Assembly: GCA_021513695.1 (NCBI GenBank) | Contig: CP084166.1 | Coordinates: 2,784,001 to 2,848,000 of the forward strand | DNA: 64,000 nt | Source of the DNA: Candidatus Heimdallarchaeum aukensis | GTDB taxonomy: Archaea > Asgardarchaeota > Heimdallarchaeia > Heimdallarchaeales > Heimdallarchaeaceae | Direction: 5' to 3' | In this document: positions 1-9,391 of the stretch, piece after piece | How positions within the stretch are numbered: position 1 is the first letter of the stretch | Layout: each line of letters starts with the position of its first letter | Translations under genes and position numbers: made by a program | The notes under the pieces: generated by a model | The model's database searches: none | The model's input: the letters and a program-made list of their open reading frames with translations, nothing else | What the model was told of the DNA's origin: nothing

Positions 1-25
1 TATTCTTTATATCCAACTTTCATCG

Positions 26-589
26 TTGTATTGGGCTGGATTATTTGAAGAAATTTCTTTCAGATTCTTGATCATGGGTGTTCCCTTATTTATTATTCAT
101 GGTTTTCGTTACTTAATAGCAAAGATTTTACAATATTATAAATCAAAAAATGAGGTTCCAGTGAAAGAAAAAGAAGAAAACAAAAAAATAGAGAATCCTT
201 TTCTCTATTTAACTGGTCGTTGGAAAAAGTTAAGGATTATTGATTTTGTTTTCTTGATAGCTTCTTCTTTCTTTTTTGGTTATGTTCATTATCAATTTGG
301 AAGTTGGGCTATATGGAAAATCTTTCAGGCTGGAATTGCTGGACTTATTTTTGGATATGCTTTCTATAAATTTGGTTTGCACGCAGCTATCTTCCTTCAT
401 ACAGTCAATGATTTTGCAATAGGTATAATGCTTGTTCCAAATTTAGGGTTAATGGTTCAAGGAGGATTTGTAGTTATTGTACTTGTTTTAATGGGAATAA
501 TGTACTCATTCTATATTTTTTCATTATTTCTTAAAAAAACAAGCAATCTAAGCTTTAGAAAATTGAATAAACAAAAAGAGGTAAACTAA
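26..589 (+). CDS. CPBP family intramembrane glutamic endopeptidase (CAAX protease/Abi-like), probably 5'-partial
   Basis: Multi-pass hydrophobic protein carrying the CPBP motifs EExxxR (EEISFRF) and HxxxN (HTVNDF). The frame is open to the window edge, so the true start may lie upstream. Its stop overlaps the next start (taATGa at 587-591). Confidence 0.6.
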   Translation: MYWAGLFEEISFRFLIMGVPLFIIHGFRYLIAKILQYYKSKNEVPVKEKEENKKIENPFLYLTGRWKKLRIIDFVFLIASSFFFGYVHYQFGSWAIWKIFQAGIAGLIFGYAFYKFGLHAAIFLHTVNDFAIGIMLVPNLGLMVQGGFVVIVLVLMGIMYSFYIFSLFLKKTSNLSFRKLNKQKEVN

Positions 590-1176
590 TGACACTTGAT
601 AGCAGATTATACTTTAAAGTTGTTTTAGCTGGAGAAGCAGGGGTAGGAAAAACAAGTCTTCGAAGAAGTTATTTGGGAGTAGGATTCCAGACACAGCATT
701 TAAGTACTATAGGTGCAGACTTTGCAAGTTATTCTACAAAAATAAATGAACAAAGAGTGAATTTTCAGATTTGGGATTTAGCTGGTCAAGATATCTTCGA
801 AAGCATGCGAAATTTGTATTATAAAGGAAGTTTGGGTGCATTGATGGTTTTTGATGTAACCGATGTATCTAGTCTAGAAGCCTTAAACAATTGGATAATT
901 GAATTAGATAAAAATTCAGGTAGAGGAATTGTACCTTTTTCCATATTAGGAAATAAAATAGATCTATTAGATGAGGAAGAACTCAATAAAATAAGAAAAA
1001 CTGTAGACTTAGTCATAAAAAAATACAATAAAAAATTTGCAAGTAAGGGTTTTTCGATTAATTATTTTGAAACTTCAGCGAAAACTGGCCATAATGTCAA
1101 AATCGCTTTTAATAATCTTGGAGAATCAATTTTTAATTATCTTGAATTCAGAAGAAAGAAGAGGGAAGAAAGTTGA
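589..1176 (+). CDS. Rab/Ras-like small GTPase
   Basis: G1 GEAGVGKTS, switch I TIGADF (Rab-like), G3 DLAGQD, G4 GNKID and G5 ETSAK are present. The C-terminus is polybasic (RRKKREES) with no CaaX cysteine. Confidence 0.85.
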   Translation: MTLDSRLYFKVVLAGEAGVGKTSLRRSYLGVGFQTQHLSTIGADFASYSTKINEQRVNFQIWDLAGQDIFESMRNLYYKGSLGALMVFDVTDVSSLEALNNWIIELDKNSGRGIVPFSILGNKIDLLDEEELNKIRKTVDLVIKKYNKKFASKGFSINYFETSAKTGHNVKIAFNNLGESIFNYLEFRRKKREES

Positions 1177-3527
1177 AAAATATTGATGTTGAACTAAGAG
1201 ATTTATTGAGAACTGGAAAAAAAGAATCTATTGATATAAATAACCTAAAAAAACTAAAAAGTATAATTCTCTTCCTAAATGACGAGGATCGTGAAATAAG
1301 ACGTACTACACAAGAGATTCTCTTATCTGCTCCTATAATCCCAGTTAGCGAAATTGTTGATCTTTATCTCTCTACTGAGAGTGAATATGTTGCTGATTTT
1401 ATAGTTGAAAATTTAAATATTTTCTTAATTGATTTGGTAGACAGATTTAGTAACAAGATAGATAGTATTATTGTTTCTGAATTAATTAAAAAAATCCCTG
1501 TAAAAGATTTATTTGCTACTTTAGTCGAAATCGCTGAAATTACTCCTATTTCAGCTAAAAAAGCTGAACTCATAATCCGAACATGTTATCCTTCTTTTTC
1601 AGAAAGCATGAATTCATTAATATCCTATGATTTTATTGAAAATTTCAAAAAAGAGATAAAAAAACTTCTTTCTATAAGACTAAAAGAGAATGATAAAAAT
1701 ATTACAACTCTTGTTCTAAAGACTGCGTGTTTCTTTCCTGAACTTCCCCCTCTGATAGAAAAAGAACTAATTAATATCATTAATCATTCAGATATAGAGG
1801 AACACATAATTTATGCAACTACTGCTTTAATAAATGTAGAAAACAAAAAGAATGCGCAGATTCTAGCTAATAGACTTAAAAATGGAAAAGATTCAGAAAA
1901 AGTAAAATTAGCTATTATTGAATCCCTTGGTAATATAGGAAATCCAAAGATTGCGCCAATAATGATCGAATTATTCGATGAAGGAGGACAGATAGCTTAC
2001 TCTACATCTAAAAGTCTGGGGTCAATGGGTGTTGAAGTCTTACCTTATTTAGTTCAAGCATTAAAAGAAGATCGTTATATACCAAATATTGTAGAGTCTA
2101 TGAAACGTATTGGTAGTGCAAGCTTCGAATATCTGATGACTAGCTTGGAAAAGGAAAGAAATATACAAATTAGAAAAAACATTGCTCATTGTTTAACACT
2201 GGTGATGCATGAACAATATGGTTATGAGGGAACAATTAAACTACTAACAAACGAATTAGCAGGAAAAAATCGAGAGCTAGTAGAAGCAGTAACTCAAGCG
2301 CTAATAAATTTAGGTACTCCTTCAATTGAGTATCTCATTGATGAATTAAATGATAAAGATCGCGAATTAAGAAAAAATGCAGTAAAAATTCTTGAACATT
2401 TTGGAGAAGGAAATATTGAAATTGCTCTTGATGGGTTACTTGAAACAGATGAAGATAGAGTAGGTACATTGAGTATTATATTATATGTTTACCATCCTGA
2501 TGAAAGATTAAGAAAATTAGGATATTCTTTTGCTGTTCATAAAGGAAATCTAAGAGCTAAAAAAACAGACAAATTACTTGAAATATTGACTGATGCCCTT
2601 AATGAAATTGACCCCTATATTCGAATTCGTTCTTGTGATATACTTGTATTTTTCAAAAGTAAGGCCATTCCTCATTTAACCAAACTTCTCTCTGACCCAA
2701 ACATTCTAGTTAAAAGAAAAGCAGCAGAGGCACTACGTACAATAAAAAGCAAAAGAGCATTAATAGCATTGATGAATGCTGCTACTGATAAAGACCCAAT
2801 AGTTTCTGAAATTTCTACAAGAGCTTTGGGAGAATTAGGAGATCCAGGTGTTGTAGATATCATTCTTGGGAATTTAAAGAGAAATAGTCAAGCAATATAT
2901 GAAGCTTCAGTTTATGCTCTTTCTCAACTAGGAACACCTATATTACACAAGATAACAAAAGAATTAAGCAGTTCAAATAAAAAAGTTGTAGATGGTATAG
3001 TCGATGCAATATCGAAAATAGGGACAGTTGGACTAGAAATTCTGATAAAAAAATATTTAGAAGAGAACGGAAGAAGAGTTGCACAAATTGAACGAATAAT
3101 TGGAAAAATGGGCGAAACAGCAATACCTGCAATATTAGAAATATATGAAAAGACTAGTGATTCTCAAAATAAAGAAAAGTTATTGAGACTAAGGGCAAAG
3201 ATTAAAGATACTTCTGTAACTAAAGAAATAGTTGAAAAGCTACAAAAACCAGCTAGTAAAAAAACAGCAATTGAACTTATAAATTTGATTGGAATTGAAT
3301 GTGTGAATAAAATAGTTGATGAATTACTCAAATTAGAACAAAACAAAGTAAAAAGGATTTTCACAAAGAATATTAAAATTGAACCTAAAATATTGGTTTC
3401 GATTATTAAGGAGTTGAAATTAAGAGAACAACAGCAACTTGCACTACATCTTATTAATCAAAACCAAAGAACGTTAAAGAAATTTGTAAGCGAGAATCCA
3501 GAATTTGAAAGTTTGTTTGAAGAATAA
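1173..3527 (+). CDS. HEAT/PBS-lyase-like repeat protein (784 aa)
   Basis: Repeated ~30-aa units of the form LG(N/E)IG...A...L....D....VR..A..AL (PBS lyase HEAT-like repeats). The TTG start overlaps the GTPase stop (tTGA). Confidence 0.7.
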   Translation: MKNIDVELRDLLRTGKKESIDINNLKKLKSIILFLNDEDREIRRTTQEILLSAPIIPVSEIVDLYLSTESEYVADFIVENLNIFLIDLVDRFSNKIDSIIVSELIKKIPVKDLFATLVEIAEITPISAKKAELIIRTCYPSFSESMNSLISYDFIENFKKEIKKLLSIRLKENDKNITTLVLKTACFFPELPPLIEKELINIINHSDIEEHIIYATTALINVENKKNAQILANRLKNGKDSEKVKLAIIESLGNIGNPKIAPIMIELFDEGGQIAYSTSKSLGSMGVEVLPYLVQALKEDRYIPNIVESMKRIGSASFEYLMTSLEKERNIQIRKNIAHCLTLVMHEQYGYEGTIKLLTNELAGKNRELVEAVTQALINLGTPSIEYLIDELNDKDRELRKNAVKILEHFGEGNIEIALDGLLETDEDRVGTLSIILYVYHPDERLRKLGYSFAVHKGNLRAKKTDKLLEILTDALNEIDPYIRIRSCDILVFFKSKAIPHLTKLLSDPNILVKRKAAEALRTIKSKRALIALMNAATDKDPIVSEISTRALGELGDPGVVDIILGNLKRNSQAIYEASVYALSQLGTPILHKITKELSSSNKKVVDGIVDAISKIGTVGLEILIKKYLEENGRRVAQIERIIGKMGETAIPAILEIYEKTSDSQNKEKLLRLRAKIKDTSVTKEIVEKLQKPASKKTAIELINLIGIECVNKIVDELLKLEQNKVKRIFTKNIKIEPKILVSIIKELKLREQQQLALHLINQNQRTLKKFVSENPEFESLFEE

Positions 3528-3528
3528 G

Positions 3529-4533
3529 CTAAAAATCTTTTTTCTCAATTTCTCCTTTTTGCATTTGTGGTATTAACTCTTTTATCAGTAAAGGAAGCAA
3601 GTTAAGTTCCATGTGAAAAGGAGAAAAAATTTCGATATTTTTCTCATCAAAATTGAAATATGGTTTTTCTACAGTTTCCACAAGATAATAGTCTAATATT
3701 TTAAAATCTTGAATAGTTGAAAAGAGTATAGTAAAATTTTCAGTTAATTGTTGCAATATTTTCTCTTTTTCTGATTTTGAAGTAAGCTGGAAAAGGTTTA
3801 GATAGCCTTCTGTTTCCATATGAATGTATAATTTAGTGGTGTTATCAATTAAATTTATTCTAGGAAATTTCTCTACTAATGGCGTCTTTGCTGCTAGAAC
3901 ATTAGTTAGTTTATTTCTCTCAGGAATAATAGTATGATCTGTTAGTATCAAAAACTTGTTAACGCGTATCCTTTTACTTTTAAAAAGAAATTCTTTATTA
4001 TCCGGATTGTAACTGATTTCTTGTTTCCTATATTCTATTAGTTCTACTTTTAATTTTTTTAGTTCATTTAAAATATAAGCTGCTAAACCCCCTAAATTAT
4101 TTATAACAAGTGAGGAATCAGAAATTAAGCCCTTGTTATATCTCTCTGAATTTAATAAAGGGAGAGTTTGTTTAATCTCTTTTTGTCTTAAAATACTGCA
4201 GTTCATATTAGAATTTTGTAGTTTATTATACATCTCTTCAGTTTCACGTAGAGAACTGTTTAGAATTAATAGTGAAGCTTTTGAAATATCAAAGGATTTT
4301 GTAGTGTAAAATAAATCATTATAAAATTCTAAAGAGGTAGTCAATATTTGTTCAATCTTTTCTAGTGGGTATGAAAATAATGGATAGACAAAACTAGGGA
4401 GAAAAAGACTGTTGCGAATAAGTTCTTCGTTGTAAAAATAAGTTATCTTTAAATCTGAATTTTCTTTCATTATTTGATAGACTAAAATTAAGCTGGTGAG
4501 ATTATTTCCAATGACAACTATATCTCTTTCCAT
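3529..4533 (-). CDS. hypothetical protein (334 aa), degenerate Rossmann-like N-terminus
   Basis: Long ORF whose N-terminus (DIVVIGNNLTSL) resembles a degenerate dinucleotide-binding beta-alpha-beta motif. No other motif was recognised. Confidence 0.45.
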   Translation of the reverse strand: MERDIVVIGNNLTSLILVYQIMKENSDLKITYFYNEELIRNSLFLPSFVYPLFSYPLEKIEQILTTSLEFYNDLFYTTKSFDISKASLLILNSSLRETEEMYNKLQNSNMNCSILRQKEIKQTLPLLNSERYNKGLISDSSLVINNLGGLAAYILNELKKLKVELIEYRKQEISYNPDNKEFLFKSKRIRVNKFLILTDHTIIPERNKLTNVLAAKTPLVEKFPRINLIDNTTKLYIHMETEGYLNLFQLTSKSEKEKILQQLTENFTILFSTIQDFKILDYYLVETVEKPYFNFDEKNIEIFSPFHMELNLLPLLIKELIPQMQKGEIEKKDF

Positions 4534-4584
4534 TATTCAAATAATAACAAATGGATTTATAAATTCGATTGTGTAGAGAAACAT

Positions 4585-4863
4585 ATGTCATATGTGATAA
4601 AATTAAAAGTAATTAAACAAGAAGGACATTGTGCTTCAGGGCACAAAGTTGGGGATGAAATTGAGATTAATTACAATGACAATTCAATAAAAGGAAAAAT
4701 TTGTCTTCATGCTCTCTATTCAATTCTTCCCAAAGTTTTTGCTATGGCGTATGGATCTGAGTTTCCATGGTTAGAAAATGCTGATGTTTCCACACATGCA
4801 TGTCCAGATTACAAGAATCCAGTGGTTTTTGAGGTTAGAAGAGAAAAAATAAAAGAAAATTAA
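4585..4863 (+). CDS. small Cys-containing protein, TIGR04076-like
   Basis: 92 aa with C..GHKVGDE...ICLHAL..LP......G..FPW......ACPD..NPVVFE.RR. This matches my recollection of the TIGR04076 family consensus. Confidence 0.5.
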   Translation: MSYVIKLKVIKQEGHCASGHKVGDEIEINYNDNSIKGKICLHALYSILPKVFAMAYGSEFPWLENADVSTHACPDYKNPVVFEVRREKIKEN

Positions 4864-4896
4864 ACTTTAGATATTTCAAAAATAAAAAAAGATAAG

Positions 4897-5817
4897 CTAT
4901 CCTTTGACCAATTTTATTATTGCATCTATTATAAAATCTAATAGAAATACAAGGAATACGATTAATAAGATTTCTTTTGTAGTATATGCCCATTTAGGAT
5001 TTTGAGTAATGATTATTGCTATAGCTAAACCTAATACTAGTAGAGCCAAGATAATAGCAATAATAAGTGAGGGTAAGTATAAGTCAGCAATAATCATCGC
5101 ACCAATAGCTCCCCCTGCTAGACCTAGAAGGAAAAAAGCACCTACGATGCCAGCTACTCTTGGACCAAAAACAACAGCTATAGTTTTGTTTCCTGCTTTT
5201 TTATCTCCTTCGATGTCTGGTAAACCTTTTATTACTTCTCTACCTACATTTCCAGAAGCTGCCGCAAGACCTACAATAGTTGGAACCCAAGTAAAACCTT
5301 GTTGATAAACAAAATAACTGAATAGAGATCCATAGACAAAGAGAGCTACAACATTCAATCCAATAAGCACATTACCAAAAAATCCCATCTGTTTTACTTT
5401 GAAATTGTATAAGTTTAATGAACTTCCAAATATTAAAGCTGTAATAACACTTATTCCTGGTAAACCTTCTCTAATATCAATTAACAAAGCTAAAATTAGA
5501 GCGATCAAAGCAACAATTACCCCGTAAATAACTGCTGTTCTTACTGATATTTTCTTTGATGGTATAGGTCTATGTGGAGCATTTACTAGATCTTCTTCTC
5601 TGTCTGCAATATCATTAAAAATCATAGCTTGAGATGAAACGAGCGTACCAGATAATAGAACAAGTAGAAGGGTTATGTAATCAATTTTTGCTCCTACAGG
5701 AGTTGATAGAATGATAGCAAAAATTGCAGCTGTTCCTGCTACTATACCATTTACTAACCTAAGAATTGTTATATAAGAAAGAAAAATATCTTTTTTCGAG
5801 TGTTTTGTTAAAGACAT
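4897..5817 (-). CDS. UbiA-family prenyltransferase, likely digeranylgeranylglyceryl phosphate (DGGGP) synthase
   Basis: Polytopic membrane protein with the NDxxDxxxD motif (NDIADREED) near residue 70 and a second Asp-rich motif (DIEGDKK) near residue 200. Its length of 306 aa is typical of archaeal DGGGPS. Confidence 0.75.
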   Translation of the reverse strand: MSLTKHSKKDIFLSYITILRLVNGIVAGTAAIFAIILSTPVGAKIDYITLLLVLLSGTLVSSQAMIFNDIADREEDLVNAPHRPIPSKKISVRTAVIYGVIVALIALILALLIDIREGLPGISVITALIFGSSLNLYNFKVKQMGFFGNVLIGLNVVALFVYGSLFSYFVYQQGFTWVPTIVGLAAASGNVGREVIKGLPDIEGDKKAGNKTIAVVFGPRVAGIVGAFFLLGLAGGAIGAMIIADLYLPSLIIAIILALLVLGLAIAIIITQNPKWAYTTKEILLIVFLVFLLDFIIDAIIKLVKG

Positions 5818-7240
5818 AAGGTCTAATCATTAGCAGATGAATTTAAATCTTACCTCTTTTTTTGAGTATAAATTACTCGCTTTTTTTTCCTGTTATCTCA
5901 AATGTTTTGATTTCACTATCATTTTCAGGAAGTTTAAGCAGTTCTAAAAGTGATAAGATCATCTTGCCAAATAATTTTTCCATAAATTCATTTAAAGGAA
6001 TCTCTTTTCCATTAATCTTTACTTCTATTTCATCTAACATGAAAAAAAAAACACTGTTGAGTTTATTAATTTTATCTTAATCTCAAATGAATAATTATAA
6101 CTTTTTTAGTTAAAGAATTCACTTAACCAAGAGTTCACTATACTTTTTTGCTAAATTAAATGAAAAAAATTTAAAGAAAAGAAGCAATAAAATTATATTT
6201 AAATATTATGAGCGTAGGTAAGAATATAGGTGTAAATTTTCATGGAAGTAGGTGCGTTAATTTTTATGCTACTAATTGCACTGGCAGTGTACATAACCAT
6301 AAGGGTTTCCTCAGCGAATAAGAAGAAGAGAAAACAAATTTATCGTAAACGATATCAACCTTATCAACCTTACAGACCTTATCAGCCATCACACCTAGAT
6401 TCTTCTCAAAGAACAAGTTATCAGAGTGAAGAAACCACCCCAACAACAAGAACTTCTTCTATTTATCAACCTCAAACTCAACCCTCTTATACTCCACAAA
6501 GAACTCCAATAGCAACAAATAATGCCGATGATTATTATCGTGCAGGAATGTACGATAGAGCAAAAGAAGAATATCTTAAAACAGGGAGGATATTTGGTGC
6601 AGCTAAATCTGTAGCTTCTAAAGGAAAAGAATATGTAAAAGAAGCTTTGGAAATAATTAGACAATATGCTCCAGAAAGAGAAGAAGAAATGGTAAGAAAT
6701 CTTTCAAGATACTTTTTTGATAGTGGAGATGTAGAATTATCAGCTCAAGTATTATATGATTATAATCTTATTGAAGAAGCTAAAGCAGTATTAGCTACCA
6801 TAGGAAAGAGTATAGAAGATATAGTTGAACCTAAATCTGTTGAGATTAGCACATTCAGTAGCACTGAACCCTTTCTATCTAGTACTGAAAGTGAAACAGA
6901 ACCTATCATTTCCAGTTTTGCTAGCGATACTGAACCAATAAATGATGCAAGAGAAGAGCTGAAAGTATTGGCAAGTGAAGAAGAAGCAGAACCCATTGAG
7001 CCTTTTACAAGTCAAGTTGAAAAACAGAAAAAAATAGAACCACAACAACTAAAGATAGCTACAGTAGATTTAGATGAAAGATGTACAGTTTGTTTAGGAG
7101 AAGTAAAAGCAGGAGAAAGTTTTGTTAGATGTCCCCATTGTGGAAAACCTTCTCATTATTCTCATTTAGTAGAATGGCTAAAAGTAAAAACCCAATGTCC
7201 TAACTGTAGAAACAAATTATCATTAAATATGTTTAAAACA
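5098..7240. repeat. tandem direct duplication, copy 1 (2143 bp)
   Basis: Direct sequence comparison: 5098-7240 matches 7241-9381 apart from two 1-bp indels. The left edge lies inside the UbiA CDS. Confidence 0.9.
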
Positions 7241-7264
7241 CGCACCAATAGCTCCCCCTGCTAG
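6242..7264 (+). CDS. membrane-anchored RING-like zinc-finger protein with YQP repeats
   Basis: N-terminal TM helix, a KKKRK stretch, YQPYQPYRPYQP repeats, a low-complexity S/T/E-rich middle, and a C-terminal CxxC-x12-CPHC-x4-HxxH-x10-CPNC (RING/zinc-ribbon-like). The last 7 codons read across the duplication junction. Confidence 0.6.
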   Translation: MEVGALIFMLLIALAVYITIRVSSANKKKRKQIYRKRYQPYQPYRPYQPSHLDSSQRTSYQSEETTPTTRTSSIYQPQTQPSYTPQRTPIATNNADDYYRAGMYDRAKEEYLKTGRIFGAAKSVASKGKEYVKEALEIIRQYAPEREEEMVRNLSRYFFDSGDVELSAQVLYDYNLIEEAKAVLATIGKSIEDIVEPKSVEISTFSSTEPFLSSTESETEPIISSFASDTEPINDAREELKVLASEEEAEPIEPFTSQVEKQKKIEPQQLKIATVDLDERCTVCLGEVKAGESFVRCPHCGKPSHYSHLVEWLKVKTQCPNCRNKLSLNMFKTRTNSSPC

Positions 7265-7959
7265 ACCTAGAAGGAAAAAAGCACCTACGATGCCAGCTAC
7301 TCTTGGACCAAAAACAACAGCTATAGTTTTGTTTCCTGCTTTTTTATCTCCTTCGATGTCTGGTAAACCTTTTATTACTTCTCTACCTACATTTCCAGAA
7401 GCTGCCGCAAGACCTACAATAGTTGGAACCCAAGTAAAACCTTGTTGATAAACAAAATAACTGAATAGAGATCCATAGACAAAGAGAGCTACAACATTCA
7501 ATCCAATAAGCACATTACCAAAAAATCCCATCTGTTTTACTTTGAAATTGTATAAGTTTAATGAACTTCCAAATATTAAAGCTGTAATAACACTTATTCC
7601 TGGTAAACCTTCTCTAATATCAATTAACAAAGCTAAAATTAGAGCGATCAAAGCAACAATTACCCCGTAAATAACTGCTGTTCTTACTGATATTTTCTTT
7701 GATGGTATAGGTCTATGTGGAGCATTTACTAGATCTTCTTCTCTGTCTGCAATATCATTAAAAATCATAGCTTGAGATGAAACGAGCGTACCAGATAATA
7801 GAACAAGTAGAAGGGTTATGTATCAATTTTTGCTCCTACAGGAGTTGATAGAATGATAGCAAAAATTGCAGCTGTTCCTGCTACTATACCATTTACTAAC
7901 CTAAGAATTGTTATATAAGAAAGAAAAATATCTTTTTTCGAGTGTTTTGTTAAAGACAT
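7241..7959 (-). pseudogene. UbiA prenyltransferase fragment (duplicate copy, 3'-truncated and frameshifted)
   Basis: Duplicate of the first ~240 codons of the 4897..5817 gene. A 1-bp deletion breaks the frame, and the C-terminal 66 codons are absent. Confidence 0.8.
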
Positions 7960-9381
7960 AAGGTCTAATCATTAGCAGATGAATTTAAATCTTACCTCTT
8001 TTTTTGAGTATAAATTACTCGCTTTTTTTTCCTGTTATCTCAAATGTTTTGATTTCACTATCATTTTCAGGAAGTTTAAGCAGTTCTAAAAGTGATAAGA
8101 TCATCTTGCCAAATAATTTTTCCATAAATTCATTTAAAGGAATCTCTTTTCCATTAATCTTTACTTCTATTTCATCTAACATGAAAAAAAAAACACTGTT
8201 GAGTTTATTAATTTTATCTTAATCTCAAATGAATAATTATAACTTTTTTAGTTAAAGAATTCACTTAACCAAGAGTTCACTATACTTTTTTGCTAAATTA
8301 AATGAAAAAAATTTAAAGAAAAGAAGCAATAAAATTATATTTAAATATTATGAGCGTAGGTAAGAATATAGGTGTAAATTTTCATGGAAGTAGGTGCGTT
8401 AATTTTTATGCTACTAATTGCACTGGCAGTGTACATAACCATAAGGGTTTCCTCAGCGAATAAGAAGAAGAGAAAACAAATTTATCGTAAACGATATCAA
8501 CCTTATCAACCTTACAGACCTTATCAGCCATCACACCTAGATTCTTCTCAAAGAACAAGTTATCAGAGTGAAGAAACCACCCCAACAACAAGAACTTCTT
8601 CTATTTATCAACCTCAAACTCAACCCTCTTATACTCCACAAAGAACTCCAATAGCAACAAATAATGCCGATGATTATTATCGTGCAGGAATGTACGATAG
8701 AGCAAAAGAAGAATATCTTAAAACAGGGAGGATATTTGGTGCAGCTAAATCTGTAGCTTCTAAAGGAAAAGAATATGTAAAAGAAGCTTTGGAAATAATT
8801 AGACAATATGCTCCAGAAAGGAAGAAGAAATGGTAAGAAATCTTTCAAGATACTTTTTTGATAGTGGAGATGTAGAATTATCAGCTCAAGTATTATATGA
8901 TTATAATCTTATTGAAGAAGCTAAAGCAGTATTAGCTACCATAGGAAAGAGTATAGAAGATATAGTTGAACCTAAATCTGTTGAGATTAGCACATTCAGT
9001 AGCACTGAACCCTTTCTATCTAGTACTGAAAGTGAAACAGAACCTATCATTTCCAGTTTTGCTAGCGATACTGAACCAATAAATGATGCAAGAGAAGAGC
9101 TGAAAGTATTGGCAAGTGAAGAAGAAGCAGAACCCATTGAGCCTTTTACAAGTCAAGTTGAAAAACAGAAAAAAATAGAACCACAACAACTAAAGATAGC
9201 TACAGTAGATTTAGATGAAAGATGTACAGTTTGTTTAGGAGAAGTAAAAGCAGGAGAAAGTTTTGTTAGATGTCCCCATTGTGGAAAACCTTCTCATTAT
9301 TCTCATTTAGTAGAATGGCTAAAAGTAAAAACCCAATGTCCTAACTGTAGAAACAAATTATCATTAAATATGTTTAAAACA
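7241..9381. repeat. tandem direct duplication, copy 2 (2141 bp)
   Basis: Identical to copy 1 except that an 'a' is deleted near 7810 (copy 1 has gtaatc at ~5669) and another near 8820 (copy 1 has aaagagaag at ~6678). Confidence 0.9.
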
Positions 9382-9384
9382 TAA
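8384..9384 (+). pseudogene. RING-like zinc-finger protein, duplicate copy with frameshift
   Basis: Identical to 6242..7264 except for a 1-bp deletion at ~8820. The deletion splits it into ORFs 8384..8836 and 8830..9384. It keeps the apparent native stop (..MFKT*). Confidence 0.8.
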
Positions 9385-9391
9385 TAAAATT

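Noticed and set aside
819-1028. Short antisense ORFs inside long genes. Examples: 819..1028, 1364..1573, 2672..2863, 5009..5305, 6264..6664, 27486..27978, 37566..37865, 44851..45126, 46718..47116.
   Set aside because: They lie fully within and antisense to, or out of frame with, well-supported CDSs. They have low-complexity or AT-codon-driven composition and no motifs. They are treated as spurious.
589-1176. CaaX prenylation motif on the small GTPases that would match the adjacent CPBP/Rce1-like protease.
   Set aside because: Both GTPases end without a C-terminal cysteine (..RRKKREES and ..KKLGENK), so canonical CaaX processing is not supported.
5862-6080. 72-aa S/L-rich ORF (duplicated at 8004..8222) in the divergent intergenic region between UbiA and the RING-protein gene.
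   Set aside because: It is low-complexity, overlaps the probable promoter region, has no RBS, and is duplicated only because it lies in the 2.1-kb repeat. It is likely non-coding.
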